Notes under the pieces: generated by a model
Seen by the model: the letters and a program-made list of their open reading frames with translations, nothing else
Told to the model about the DNA's origin: nothing
Database searches by the model: none
Assembly (NCBI GenBank): GCA_023435705.1
Contig: JAEYRH010000009.1
Coordinates: 264,572-328,571, forward strand
Origin: Bacillota bacterium
Lineage (GTDB): Bacteria > Bacillota > Clostridia > Christensenellales > UMGS416
DNA length: 64,000 bases
Reading direction: 5' to 3'
Position numbers and translations under genes: made by a program
Shown here: one piece after another, positions 1 through 8,084 of the stretch
Numbering within the stretch: the stretch's first letter is position 1
How the letters are laid out: each line of letters begins with the position of its first letter

Positions 1-446
1 TCTTTGCGCGGCTTTCGGGCTTGGGCAGGGCTGCGGCCAAGCAAAAAGCGGAGGAGCTTTTTGCCCTGGTAGGCATGCAGGCAGACATGGGCAAGCGCGT
101 GGTGCACTATTCCGGGGGCATGAAGCGGCGGCTGAGCCTGATGGCGGCGCTGATTGCAGACCCGGAAGTGCTGGTGCTGGATGAGCCCACCGTGGGCATT
201 GACCCGGTGCTGCGCGAGGTGTTCTGGCAGGAATTCCGCCGCAGGAAAGCACTGGGCAGGGCTGTGATCGTGACCACTCATGTGATGGATGAAGCTGGCC
301 GGTGCGACCGGCTGATGCTGCTGCGCGACGGTGTGGTGATTGCCGGCGGCGCGCCGGACCGCCTGCTCAAAGACACAGGGCTGGCCACCGTGGAGGAGGT
401 CTTCCTCCACTATGCCGTGCAGTCCGGCAAGGAGGGCGCCATATGA
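1..446 (+). CDS. ABC transporter ATP-binding protein, C-terminal part (5' end outside window)
   Basis: Frame is open from position 3 (FARLSGLGRAAAKQ...). ABC signature YSGGMKRRL and Walker B VLVLDEPTVGID are present. TGA 444-446 overlaps the next ATG (ATGA). Confidence 0.9.
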   Translation, partial: FARLSGLGRAAAKQKAEELFALVGMQADMGKRVVHYSGGMKRRLSLMAALIADPEVLVLDEPTVGIDPVLREVFWQEFRRRKALGRAVIVTTHVMDEAGRCDRLMLLRDGVVIAGGAPDRLLKDTGLATVEEVFLHYAVQSGKEGAI

Positions 447-1558
447 GGAGTTTCGTGGTTGCGGGCCGCCTGATCCGCCAGATCACAGGCGATAAGCGCA
501 CGTTGCTATTGATTCTATTGGCTCCGGTGCTGATCCTTTTCATCCTGCACATCGTGCTTACCAGCGGCGTTACCAATGCGCGTATCGGTGTGGTCAACAC
601 CGCCGGAGCAGATCTTGCGGTGCTGGAGGAAAACGCAGTGGTCACCTATCCGGCCGATGAGGCGGCCGCCCTGGCGGACTTGAAAGCAGGCAGGATTGAC
701 GCCTTGTTGGTCACCGGGGAGGATGGCGACCGGCTGGAGTTGGAGGGGTCTGACCCTACGTTATCAGCGCTTGTGAAGGGCACCTATGCCAAATATGCTG
801 CCCAAAAGGCCGCGGACGCGATGGAGGAGATGATCACGCCGCTGCAGGCGCTGGTTGATAAGATCCCCAACGGGTTGAAAAGCCAGCTCACGCTGCCGGA
901 TTTCTCCGCGATGCAGCCCAAGCAGCCAGAGGTCACCGCCCTTTATGGGGAGGACTTTGAGTTCTTTGACAACATCGCCGCAGGCATCATGGGCTTTATC
1001 ATTTTCTTTCTGGTCTTTCTGCTTTCCGGCATCTCCTTTCTGAGGGAGCGCATCAGCGGCACGCTGGAGCGCGTGCTGGCCTCCTCGGTGTGCCGGTGGG
1101 AAATTGTGCTGGGTTATCTGCTGGGTTTCGGGCTGTTTGTGGTGCTGCAGACCGTGATCATCCAGAGCTTTCTGCTGTATGTGCTCAAAATCCATTTCAC
1201 CGGCAGTTTCTGGTCCATCCTGCTGGTAAACCTGTTGGCTGCCTCCACGTCGCTGGCACTGGGAACGCTGCTTTCAGCCTTTGCCCGCAACGAGTTCCAA
1301 TTGTTCCAGTTTATTCCGATCATTATCATCCCGCAGGTGCTGTTCAGCGGCCTGTTTGACCTGCGGGATGCGCCTGCATGGGTGCATTGGCTCTCTCAGG
1401 CCTTCCCGCTCACCTACACGGCCAACGCATTGAAAGACCTGATGATCCGTGGAAAAGACCTGGGCGACGTGTGGGTGAATCTTGCCGTATTGGGCGGGTT
1501 CACGGTGCTGTTTATGCTGCTGAACATTTTGGTGCTGCGGAAATACAGGAAAGCATAA
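443..1558 (+). CDS. ABC-2 type transporter permease
   Basis: ATG 443 is translationally coupled to the upstream ATPase gene. 371 aa with an N-terminal TM helix, a ~170-aa external loop and a C-terminal cluster of hydrophobic helices, the usual ABC-2 layout. The longer 302 start lies inside the ATPase gene. Confidence 0.85.
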   Translation: MRSFVVAGRLIRQITGDKRTLLLILLAPVLILFILHIVLTSGVTNARIGVVNTAGADLAVLEENAVVTYPADEAAALADLKAGRIDALLVTGEDGDRLELEGSDPTLSALVKGTYAKYAAQKAADAMEEMITPLQALVDKIPNGLKSQLTLPDFSAMQPKQPEVTALYGEDFEFFDNIAAGIMGFIIFFLVFLLSGISFLRERISGTLERVLASSVCRWEIVLGYLLGFGLFVVLQTVIIQSFLLYVLKIHFTGSFWSILLVNLLAASTSLALGTLLSAFARNEFQLFQFIPIIIIPQVLFSGLFDLRDAPAWVHWLSQAFPLTYTANALKDLMIRGKDLGDVWVNLAVLGGFTVLFMLLNILVLRKYRKA

Positions 1559-1582
1559 GTAAGTTCCTTGCATATGGACACG

Positions 1583-1618
1583 GCCTCTCCCCATCGCAGG
1601 GAGGGGCTATGTTTTTTT
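1583..1618 (+). terminator. Intrinsic terminator after ABC-2 permease
   Basis: 9-bp stem (1583-1591 pairs with 1599-1607, one G-U) with a 7-nt loop, followed by a T7 run at 1612-1618. Confidence 0.6.
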
Positions 1619-1638
1619 GAAATCATCATGCATATTGC

Positions 1639-1666
1639 TTGACACTCTGATCATACTGTATATAAT
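1639..1666 (+). promoter_or_regulatory. Sigma-70/SigA-type promoter of the GntR-ABC operon
   Basis: TTGACA (1639-1644), 16-nt spacer, TATAAT (1661-1666). Both hexamers match consensus. Confidence 0.55.
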
Positions 1667-1679
1667 GTAGATGCACAGT

Positions 1680-1698
1680 AAACACAATGTTTGTGTTT
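1680..1698. promoter_or_regulatory. Candidate operator (inverted repeat) for the YtrA-type GntR repressor
   Basis: AAACACAA-TGT-TTGTGTTT, perfect 8-bp arms, located between the -10 box and the GntR start codon. Confidence 0.4.
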
Positions 1699-1711
1699 GA
1701 AAGGGACCCCA

Positions 1712-2086
1712 ATGAACCTGATCATCTCCAACGCGTCAGACGCGCCGATCTATGAGCAGATCACCGGGCAGATCAAAAACCTGATCATGCGCGGTGAACT
1801 CACGGAAAACGAGCTGCTTCCCTCCATCCGCAGCCTGGCAAAGGAGCTGCAGATCAGCGTGATCACCACCAAGCGGGCCTATGAGGAGCTGGAGCGGGAG
1901 GGCTACATTGTGTCGGTGCCGGGCAAGGGCTCCTATGTGGCGGCGCAAAACCTGGAGCTGATGCGCGAGGCCCGTATCAAGATCGTGGAGGAAAAGCTCA
2001 GCGAAGCCGCGGCTGCGGGCCGCTCCATCGATTTGCTGCTTCAGGACATGCAAGACATGCTGAAGCTTTTCTATGAGGAGGACTGA
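1712..2086 (+). CDS. GntR family transcriptional regulator (YtrA subfamily, short C-terminus)
   Basis: 124 aa. Winged-HTH PIYEQITGQIKNLIMRGELTENELLPSIRSLAKELQISVITTKRAYEELEREGYI. ATG 1712 preferred over TTG 1691. First gene of a GntR-ATPase-permease unit. Confidence 0.9.
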   Translation: MNLIISNASDAPIYEQITGQIKNLIMRGELTENELLPSIRSLAKELQISVITTKRAYEELEREGYIVSVPGKGSYVAAQNLELMREARIKIVEEKLSEAAAAGRSIDLLLQDMQDMLKLFYEED

Positions 2087-2087
2087 C

Positions 2088-2966
2088 ATGGCAGAGATTC
2101 TGAAAATTGAGAAACTAAACAAAGCTTTTAAGGAGTTCTCGCTCCACGATGTGGACCTTTCGTTGGAGCGGGGCTATATCATGGGCTTCATCGGTCCCAA
2201 CGGCGCCGGCAAGAGCACCACGATCAAGCTCATCATGAACCTGCTTCGCCGTGACAGTGGCACGATTCACGTGTTTGGGCAGGATAATTTGGCCCACGAA
2301 CGGGAGATCAAGCAGCGCATTGGCTTTGTTTATGATGAAAATGTGTTTTATGAGGAGCTGACTGTGGCAGAAATGAAGGGCATTGTGTCTTGCTTCTACA
2401 GCCGGTGGGATGAGCAGGCATTTCAGAAGCGCCTGAAAGACTTTGACCTGCCGCCCAAGCGCAAAATCAAGGAGCTTTCCAAGGGCATGAAGATGAAGTT
2501 CTCGCTAGCGGTGGCTCTTTCGCACCACGCCGAGCTTTTGATCATGGATGAGCCCACCTCGGGCCTGGACCCCATTGTGCGCAGCGAGCTGCTGGAGATC
2601 CTGGGCCATGAGATGCAGGATGAAAACAAGGCGGTCTTCTTTTCCACACACATCACCGGTGACCTGGACCGCGTGGCCGACTTCGTGACATTGATCGATC
2701 GGGGCCGGATCGTGTTTTCACAGCCGAAGGATGACATCATTGACCGCTACGCCGTGGTGAAGGGCCCGCTGGAGCTTCTTGATGGCGACACGCGCAAGGG
2801 CTTTGTGGCCGTGAAGGAGAACCGTTTTGGTTTTGAGGCGCTTGCCACAGACCGTCAGGCCGTGCACCGGCAGTTTGGTGACAGCGTTTTGGTTGAGAAG
2901 CCCACACTGGAAGATGTGATGCTCTATTTCACAAGGAGGCACACCGATGCTCAGCTTGATTTATAA
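2088..2966 (+). CDS. ABC transporter ATP-binding protein
   Basis: ATG 2088 lies 1 nt after the GntR stop. Walker A GPNGAGKST, signature LSKGMKMKF, Walker B LLIMDEPTSGLD. Confidence 0.9.
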   Translation: MAEILKIEKLNKAFKEFSLHDVDLSLERGYIMGFIGPNGAGKSTTIKLIMNLLRRDSGTIHVFGQDNLAHEREIKQRIGFVYDENVFYEELTVAEMKGIVSCFYSRWDEQAFQKRLKDFDLPPKRKIKELSKGMKMKFSLAVALSHHAELLIMDEPTSGLDPIVRSELLEILGHEMQDENKAVFFSTHITGDLDRVADFVTLIDRGRIVFSQPKDDIIDRYAVVKGPLELLDGDTRKGFVAVKENRFGFEALATDRQAVHRQFGDSVLVEKPTLEDVMLYFTRRHTDAQLDL

Positions 2967-3606
2967 AGACCTGATGGTGCAGAGGAAGACGCTGTTGTGG
3001 GGTTTTCTTTACGTCCTGATCTTTTCCTTTGCCTTCAGCACCGGCGGCAGCGCGATGTTCACTGCCGGGGCTTTCGCCGTGGCTTATCTGCTGATCCAGA
3101 CGCCTGCCGCCCATGACGACAAATGCAACGCCGACCGCATGCTCAACAGCCTGCCCATCAGCCGCGGCATGATCGTCACGGCAAAATACCTCTCCGTTGC
3201 GGTCTATGTGGCCATCGGCGTGGTGCAATACATCGCCGTGTATGCGATTGTCAGCCTTATTGGCCAGCCGTTCCCCGTTTATCCGGCCTCTTGGGAGGCT
3301 TTTGCAGGGCTGTTGTTCATCACAGCGTTTTTCGCGTCAGTCTATTATCCAATCCTGTTCCGCTTTGGTTTCCTAAAGACCAGATATCAGACCATCATCC
3401 TGTTCGCTGGGCTGTTCGCGTCCGGCAGCGCGGTGGTGCTGGCCTTGAAACAGGAAGACAGCCTGCCCTTTCTGGGTTCCCTGGGCGAGTTTGTAAACGC
3501 ACAGCCCGCTTGGCTGATCGGATGTGGCGTGGCCGGCATCCTGCTGGCGATGCTGCTGGTGTCGTGGAGCCTGTCAGTCCGGTTTTATACCCGCAGGGAG
3601 TTCTGA
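2947..3606 (+). CDS. ABC-2 family membrane protein (partner of 2088-2966)
   Basis: 219 aa, about 6 hydrophobic helices. N-terminus MLSLIYKDLMVQRK is typical of ytr-type ABC-2 permeases. Overlaps the ATPase gene by 20 nt. Confidence 0.75.
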   Translation: MLSLIYKDLMVQRKTLLWGFLYVLIFSFAFSTGGSAMFTAGAFAVAYLLIQTPAAHDDKCNADRMLNSLPISRGMIVTAKYLSVAVYVAIGVVQYIAVYAIVSLIGQPFPVYPASWEAFAGLLFITAFFASVYYPILFRFGFLKTRYQTIILFAGLFASGSAVVLALKQEDSLPFLGSLGEFVNAQPAWLIGCGVAGILLAMLLVSWSLSVRFYTRREF

Positions 3607-4740
3607 TTTTCGGGATGCATTTCCCTTTTTGTCCTCATACATCAGCGAGTCGATGTGATGGAGAAACGCCTCTGCGTCCATCCTGCAGGAGGGCTCATAC
3701 ACCGATCCCCCGATGCTCATGTTGAGGCGGTAGGGTCGTGTGCCGCTGTCATTAAATTCTTCAAGGCGCCGGCGGATCCGGGTGATGGTCTTGTCCAGCA
3801 GGCTTTGCCGGCCGATATCCATCAGGATCAGGAATTCGTCTCCGCCGTAGCGTGCGATGATGTCATTGTGCCGCACACAGCTTTTCAGCAGCTCCACGGT
3901 GTCAGTCAGCGCGTTGTCGCCGGCGCTGTGGCCCAGGCTGTCGTTGATCACCTTAAAATTGACCATGTCGATCAGGATGGCCGCAAATGGCCCGTGACGG
4001 TCCACTGCCCGGATCCGGTCGCTCAGCGTGCGGTCAAGGATGCCCCGGTTGTAGGCGCCGGTGAGATAATCGGTGTCCAGCCGGCGGTCCTGGATGTTGA
4101 AATACAACAGCAGTATGGACAGAGCTGTGCTGGACCAGATCAGGTTTGTGCCCATGATCAGTGATTGGAGCACACCGCCGATGACCGGTGGCAACGGAAA
4201 CAGGATCAATGCTTTGAAGTAGCGTGCTTCGATTTTCTTTCGGTTCAACAGCAGCAGCACCGTGGCGTAGAGCATGAGCACATAACTGGGGATTGTGTGC
4301 AGTAAAACCAATGGCCCGCGGTGATAGGTGTTTTGGCCGTCGATCAGAAACGTCCAGCCGGTAAACACCGTCGCTGCGGTTAGCAGCGCATTGGCTGCGA
4401 CCAGGCATATCAAAGGATTGGCGGTTTTTTTCAAACGGCCTTCGTCGCGGAAAATCTGGAAATCCACATAGAGCAAATACAACGACGCGATGATGGGGGA
4501 GATCAGGTAAAGGGCGATGTTGGTCGCCCAACTGAAGATGTGGAAGAGGGACCCCGGGTGGCCTTCCACCAGCCGTGTAGCGGTATCCAGAGCAAGGATC
4601 AGCGCCACGGAGATCGCCAGACACAGAAACAGTTTATGCTGCAGAAGGTTATGTTCTGCCCGGCGCCTTGTGTTGCCGATGATGAAAGCAAGAAACAAAA
4701 TACAAAACAGGCTGATATCAATATCTCTTGCAATCGTCAT
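3574..4740 (-). CDS. Membrane-anchored diguanylate cyclase (GGDEF domain)
   Basis: 388 aa. ~220-aa polytopic N-terminus, then DYLTGAYNRG...ARYGGDEFLIL. RHND I-site lies 5 residues upstream of GGDEF. Confidence 0.9.
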   Translation of the reverse strand: MTIARDIDISLFCILFLAFIIGNTRRRAEHNLLQHKLFLCLAISVALILALDTATRLVEGHPGSLFHIFSWATNIALYLISPIIASLYLLYVDFQIFRDEGRLKKTANPLICLVAANALLTAATVFTGWTFLIDGQNTYHRGPLVLLHTIPSYVLMLYATVLLLLNRKKIEARYFKALILFPLPPVIGGVLQSLIMGTNLIWSSTALSILLLYFNIQDRRLDTDYLTGAYNRGILDRTLSDRIRAVDRHGPFAAILIDMVNFKVINDSLGHSAGDNALTDTVELLKSCVRHNDIIARYGGDEFLILMDIGRQSLLDKTITRIRRRLEEFNDSGTRPYRLNMSIGGSVYEPSCRMDAEAFLHHIDSLMYEDKKGNASRKSELPAGIKPD

Positions 4741-5900
4741 GACATAACACCAGCCGGGTATGATTGCACGGGCACAGCGGAGCCGGTCTTTTTTTTGTCT
4801 TCATAGAGCAGACGGTCCAGCAATTTGAGCAGCTCCTTCGCGTCCAGATTCAGTCCCTTGTGATATACGGTGCAGCCCACGCTGACAGACAACCGGTACG
4901 GCTTGCCGCTTGTTTGGTTGAACTCCTCCAGCCCGAGCTGAATGCGGCGGACTGTCTCCAGCAGGTTGTCTTCCCTTGAGATGTCCAACACCACCAGGAA
5001 TTCATCACCTCCATACCGGGCGATGAAATCATGCTCCCGCAGAGATGCCTGGAGAACCCTCACGGTGTCCAGAAGGGCATTATCTCCAGCCACATGGCCG
5101 TGGGTGTCGTTGATGGCTTTGAAGCCGTCCAGATCGATCAATATCGCGGAGAACGGAAAGCCCCTTGCGGCTTTTTCCCTCAGGTATTGGTCCAGCAGGC
5201 GCCGGTTGAACACGCCGGTCAGATAATCGGTATCCAACCGTTTGTCCTGCAGATTGAAATGCAGCATCAGCGATGAAAGTGTCAACCCGCATTGTGCCAT
5301 TGACAGCCCAACGGTCATGCTTTGCAGGATGCCGCCAATGAACGGCGGCACAATGAAGAGCACCATTGTGAAAAAATGCCTTCTCTCCAGCCTATGACGA
5401 TTTCTCATGATGAGCCAGAACGAATATAGCATAAGAAGAATGCTGACGGAGAACTGGACAAAAAACAAAGGCCCTCTGCTGTATGTGTTTTCCGGGCTCA
5501 CTGTGAAATACCAGCCGGTGAAAACGCTGCTTAGCGCGAGGGCACCGTTTGCAAACAGGCATGCCAGTAATGCCAACCGGTAGCCCCCAAGACGCGCCTC
5601 ATTGTGGAAGATCTGGTAATCTGCATAGAGGATCCACAGACAGGGGATGGTGGGCACTCCCAGATAAAGCAGCATGTTGCTAATCCAGTTGGCGTAATAG
5701 GCTGCGTCACCTGGCACTCTATCCACTATCCTGGAAAGACCGTCGAACACCAGCATGGCGGCTAGCGCGCCGATCAACATGAGAAATAACCGGTGCTGCG
5801 TAAACGCACGCTCCATGCGCTTGGTGGTGTTTGCCCAGATAAACACCACAATCAGAACCGATATGATATCGATATCGATCTCGTTGATGATTGCACTCAT
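4737..5900 (-). CDS. Membrane-anchored diguanylate cyclase (GGDEF domain), paralog of 3574-4740
   Basis: 387 aa with the same architecture. ARYGGDEFLVVL with REHD I-site. Its stop overlaps the downstream paralog's ATG (ATGA at 4737-4740). Confidence 0.9.
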   Translation of the reverse strand: MSAIINEIDIDIISVLIVVFIWANTTKRMERAFTQHRLFLMLIGALAAMLVFDGLSRIVDRVPGDAAYYANWISNMLLYLGVPTIPCLWILYADYQIFHNEARLGGYRLALLACLFANGALALSSVFTGWYFTVSPENTYSRGPLFFVQFSVSILLMLYSFWLIMRNRHRLERRHFFTMVLFIVPPFIGGILQSMTVGLSMAQCGLTLSSLMLHFNLQDKRLDTDYLTGVFNRRLLDQYLREKAARGFPFSAILIDLDGFKAINDTHGHVAGDNALLDTVRVLQASLREHDFIARYGGDEFLVVLDISREDNLLETVRRIQLGLEEFNQTSGKPYRLSVSVGCTVYHKGLNLDAKELLKLLDRLLYEDKKKTGSAVPVQSYPAGVMS

Positions 5901-5989
5901 GCCAGTCTCCTGTGAGCTGTTTATGAATTATATCAGAACCGTCATGAGATTGCATCTGGAAAATGGATTGGTATGCAAATGCGAATAGT

Positions 5990-6023
5990 GCCAGAAAGGG
6001 CGAGCCATTCAGATGACTCGCCC
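5990..6023 (-). terminator. Intrinsic terminator after the 4Fe-4S protein gene
   Basis: GGGCGAG (5998-6004) pairs with CTCGCCC (6017-6023), 12-nt loop. On the minus strand it is followed by TTTCTGG. Confidence 0.5.
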
Positions 6024-6040
6024 GCTTGCCTTGGCTAGAG

Positions 6041-6802
6041 TTAGCCGATGATTTCGCCGTTGGTGTCGATTGTGACCACCTGCCAGGGGATCATCACCCC
6101 GGCGTTCATCATCGCTTGCTTTGCTGCGTGCACGATGCCGCCGCAGCAGGGCACCGACATCCGCAGCACAGTCAGAGACTGAATCTCATTTGCCCGCAGG
6201 ATCATCTCAAGCTTCTCGGCATAATCTGCGTCGTCCAGCTTGGGGCAGCCGATCAACGTGACGCGGCCCTTCATCCACTTGCTGTGCACATTGGCATTGG
6301 CATAGGCAGTGCAGTCTGCCGCCACCAGCAGGTGGGCATTGTTGAGGTAGGGCGCAGTGGGCGGCACCAGCTGGATCTGAACCGGCCACTGCCGCAGTTC
6401 TGACGGTTGCTCGCCGGCTGGGGCGGTTGCGGCTGCTTCCACCGGTTGGGCGGGTTTGCGCTCGATGGACCGGGCGTGGGTGCCGGGGCAGCCGCAGGCA
6501 AGAGTGCCGTGGCCGCCATGGGCAGCTTGGGCTTTCGGCGGCTCCGCCGGCTTGTTCTTCTCTGCCAGGTGCTTTTCAACAGCCGCCGCGTCAAACGCCG
6601 CCGCTTCCCGCTCCTCAATGTGAATGGCATCCACCGGGCAGGCCGGCAGGCATGCGCCCAGGCCGTCGCAATAGCTTTCGCTGATGAGTCTGGCCTTTCC
6701 GTCGATCATCTGGATCGCGCCTTCGTGGCACGCGTTGGCGCACAATCCGCAGCCGTTGCATTTTTTTTCGTCTATGGTGATGATGTTTCGTTTCATTTTC
6801 AT
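6041..6802 (-). CDS. 4Fe-4S dicluster domain protein with Cys-rich C-terminal domain
   Basis: ATG 6802 is preceded by GGAGGC. Two ferredoxin motifs, CNGCGLCANAC and CDGLGACLPACP. Ala/Pro-rich linker, then a C-terminal domain with CTAY...GCPK...VPCCGG. The ORF-track start at 7120 runs through an AT-rich promoter region and is rejected. Confidence 0.8.
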   Translation of the reverse strand: MKMKRNIITIDEKKCNGCGLCANACHEGAIQMIDGKARLISESYCDGLGACLPACPVDAIHIEEREAAAFDAAAVEKHLAEKNKPAEPPKAQAAHGGHGTLACGCPGTHARSIERKPAQPVEAAATAPAGEQPSELRQWPVQIQLVPPTAPYLNNAHLLVAADCTAYANANVHSKWMKGRVTLIGCPKLDDADYAEKLEMILRANEIQSLTVLRMSVPCCGGIVHAAKQAMMNAGVMIPWQVVTIDTNGEIIG

Positions 6803-6905
6803 GCCTCCGTGTTTCTGATGGTTGTATTGTACCTTCATTCTTTGTTTCCATCGGTAACTTGGGCAACAAATCTTGTTTGTGATGAAAAAAATCCAGATAT
6901 ATATC

Positions 6906-6940
6906 TTGACGCGATATATCACGATGTAATATAATCGTGA
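6906..6940 (+). promoter_or_regulatory. PadR promoter overlapped by an inverted-repeat operator candidate
   Basis: TTGACG (6906-6911), 18-nt spacer, TATAAT (6930-6935). TCACGAT-N8-ATCGTGA (6919-6940) spans the -10 box. TCGTGAT recurs at 6955-6961. Confidence 0.5.
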
Positions 6941-6991
6941 TGTAGTATAACGAGTCGTGATATAACGCACTCTGTTATAACGGAGGAACCA

Positions 6992-7324
6992 ATGGAAATT
7001 GATAAGTTGAAACACGAATACCTGCCCATGTCGGAGACGGCGTATTACATGCTTCTTTCGCTGGGCGAGGTGCGCCATGGCTACGGCATCATGCAGCATG
7101 TGGAGGAGCTCACAAACCACCGCATCCGCCTTGGCGCAGGCACCGTCTATGGCACGCTTTCCCGAATGGAGAAAGATGGCCTGATCCGCGCGGTGGCAGA
7201 GGTGGAGCGGCGCAAGCTCTATCAGATCACCGCTGCCGGCGTGGGATTACTCAAAGCAGAAGCTGCTCGAATCAGGGAGCTATATGAAAATGGAAAAAGG
7301 GTAAGAGGTGATATATATGATTGA
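6992..7324 (+). CDS. PadR family transcriptional regulator
   Basis: 110 aa. YYMLLSLGEVRHGYGIMQHVEELTNHRIRLGAGTVYGTLSRMEKDGLI is a classic PadR winged helix. Confidence 0.9.
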   Translation: MEIDKLKHEYLPMSETAYYMLLSLGEVRHGYGIMQHVEELTNHRIRLGAGTVYGTLSRMEKDGLIRAVAEVERRKLYQITAAGVGLLKAEAARIRELYENGKRVRGDIYD

Positions 7325-7856
7325 GAGGCAGACGAAAATTCTGTGGTGGTGGCCGTGGCAAACCGACAAGGTGGAGGCTTATCTGGAAACGCAGGCCGGT
7401 GAGGGTTGGGTGCTGGTGAAAGCCGGCTGGGCATGCGCGAGCTTTACCTTTGAGCGGCGCAACCCGGCCCGGGTGCGCTATTGCCTGGACTACCAGGAGA
7501 AGATGAAGCCAGACTACCAGGCGCTGTTTCAAGATGCCGGGTGGAAGATGGAGTATCACGGATCGGGCTGGTACATCTGGAGCATGCCATACGAAGGGGT
7601 GCGGCCGGCGATCTATACCGACGATGGCTCCTTGATCAGGCGCAACAATGCCATCCTGGCTTCGGTGAGCGCGGTGCTGGCTGCGCAAATGCCCATGGCT
7701 GTCGTTACGCTGCAAAACCTCGATGAAAAGTCATCGTTTATCTTGGCATTGGCCGTTGTTTGGGCTTTTTGCATGGCATTGCAGGCAGGAGTCGTCGTTG
7801 GCATGGCCGTGGGCATCAACCGGCTGAAGCATAGGAAAAGCAAACGGGCGCTTTAG
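7317..7856 (+). CDS. DUF2812 family membrane protein (PadR-associated)
   Basis: N-terminus MIERQTKILWWWPWQTDKVEAYLETQAGEGWVL plus C-terminal TM helices. The family usually follows PadR. Start is 7317 or 7308; both overlap the PadR stop. Confidence 0.75.
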   Translation: MIERQTKILWWWPWQTDKVEAYLETQAGEGWVLVKAGWACASFTFERRNPARVRYCLDYQEKMKPDYQALFQDAGWKMEYHGSGWYIWSMPYEGVRPAIYTDDGSLIRRNNAILASVSAVLAAQMPMAVVTLQNLDEKSSFILALAVVWAFCMALQAGVVVGMAVGINRLKHRKSKRAL

Positions 7857-7880
7857 CGGAGGGACAGATGAGGACGGTGG

Positions 7881-8042
7881 TAGACGGTAATGAATGAGTG
7901 CGAGTGGAGTCTTTAGTTCTGGTGGCCCTGGCAGTCTGACAAAATCGAAACTTACATTGAGGGATGCGGTGCCAGGGCTCTAAATTGTTTGATGGGTGCC
8001 AAAACTCAAGAAGGAATATGCAAGATCGCTGTTTACGGATAA
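7881..8042 (+). pseudogene. Degenerate fragment of a second DUF2812 gene
   Basis: Reads MNECEWSL-TAG-FWWPWQSDKIETYIEG, paralleling MIERQTKILWWWPWQTDKVEAYLET of the intact neighbour. It has an in-frame stop at 7905-7907, then unrelated sequence to TAA 8040-8042. Confidence 0.5.
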
Positions 8043-8075
8043 AGAACGGGGGCGGGTTGAAACCCGCCCCCGTTC
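8040..8075 (-). terminator. Intrinsic terminator after the GH3 gene
   Basis: GAACGGGGGCGGG pairs with CCCGCCCCCGTTC (8044-8075). On the minus strand it is followed by TTTATCC. Confidence 0.6.
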
Positions 8076-8084
8076 CAGATCAGA

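Noticed and set aside
302-442. N-terminal extension of the ABC-2 permease ORF (start at 302).
   Set aside because: The extension lies out of frame inside the preceding ATPase gene. ATG 443 gives a standard ATGA coupling and a normal permease N-terminus.
6803-7120. 106-codon N-terminal extension of the 4Fe-4S protein ORF.
   Set aside because: It runs through the AT-rich divergent promoter region and into the padR gene, and it encodes Y/I/R-rich nonsense. ATG 6802 has a Shine-Dalgarno sequence and starts the conserved MKMKRNIITIDEKKCNGCG.
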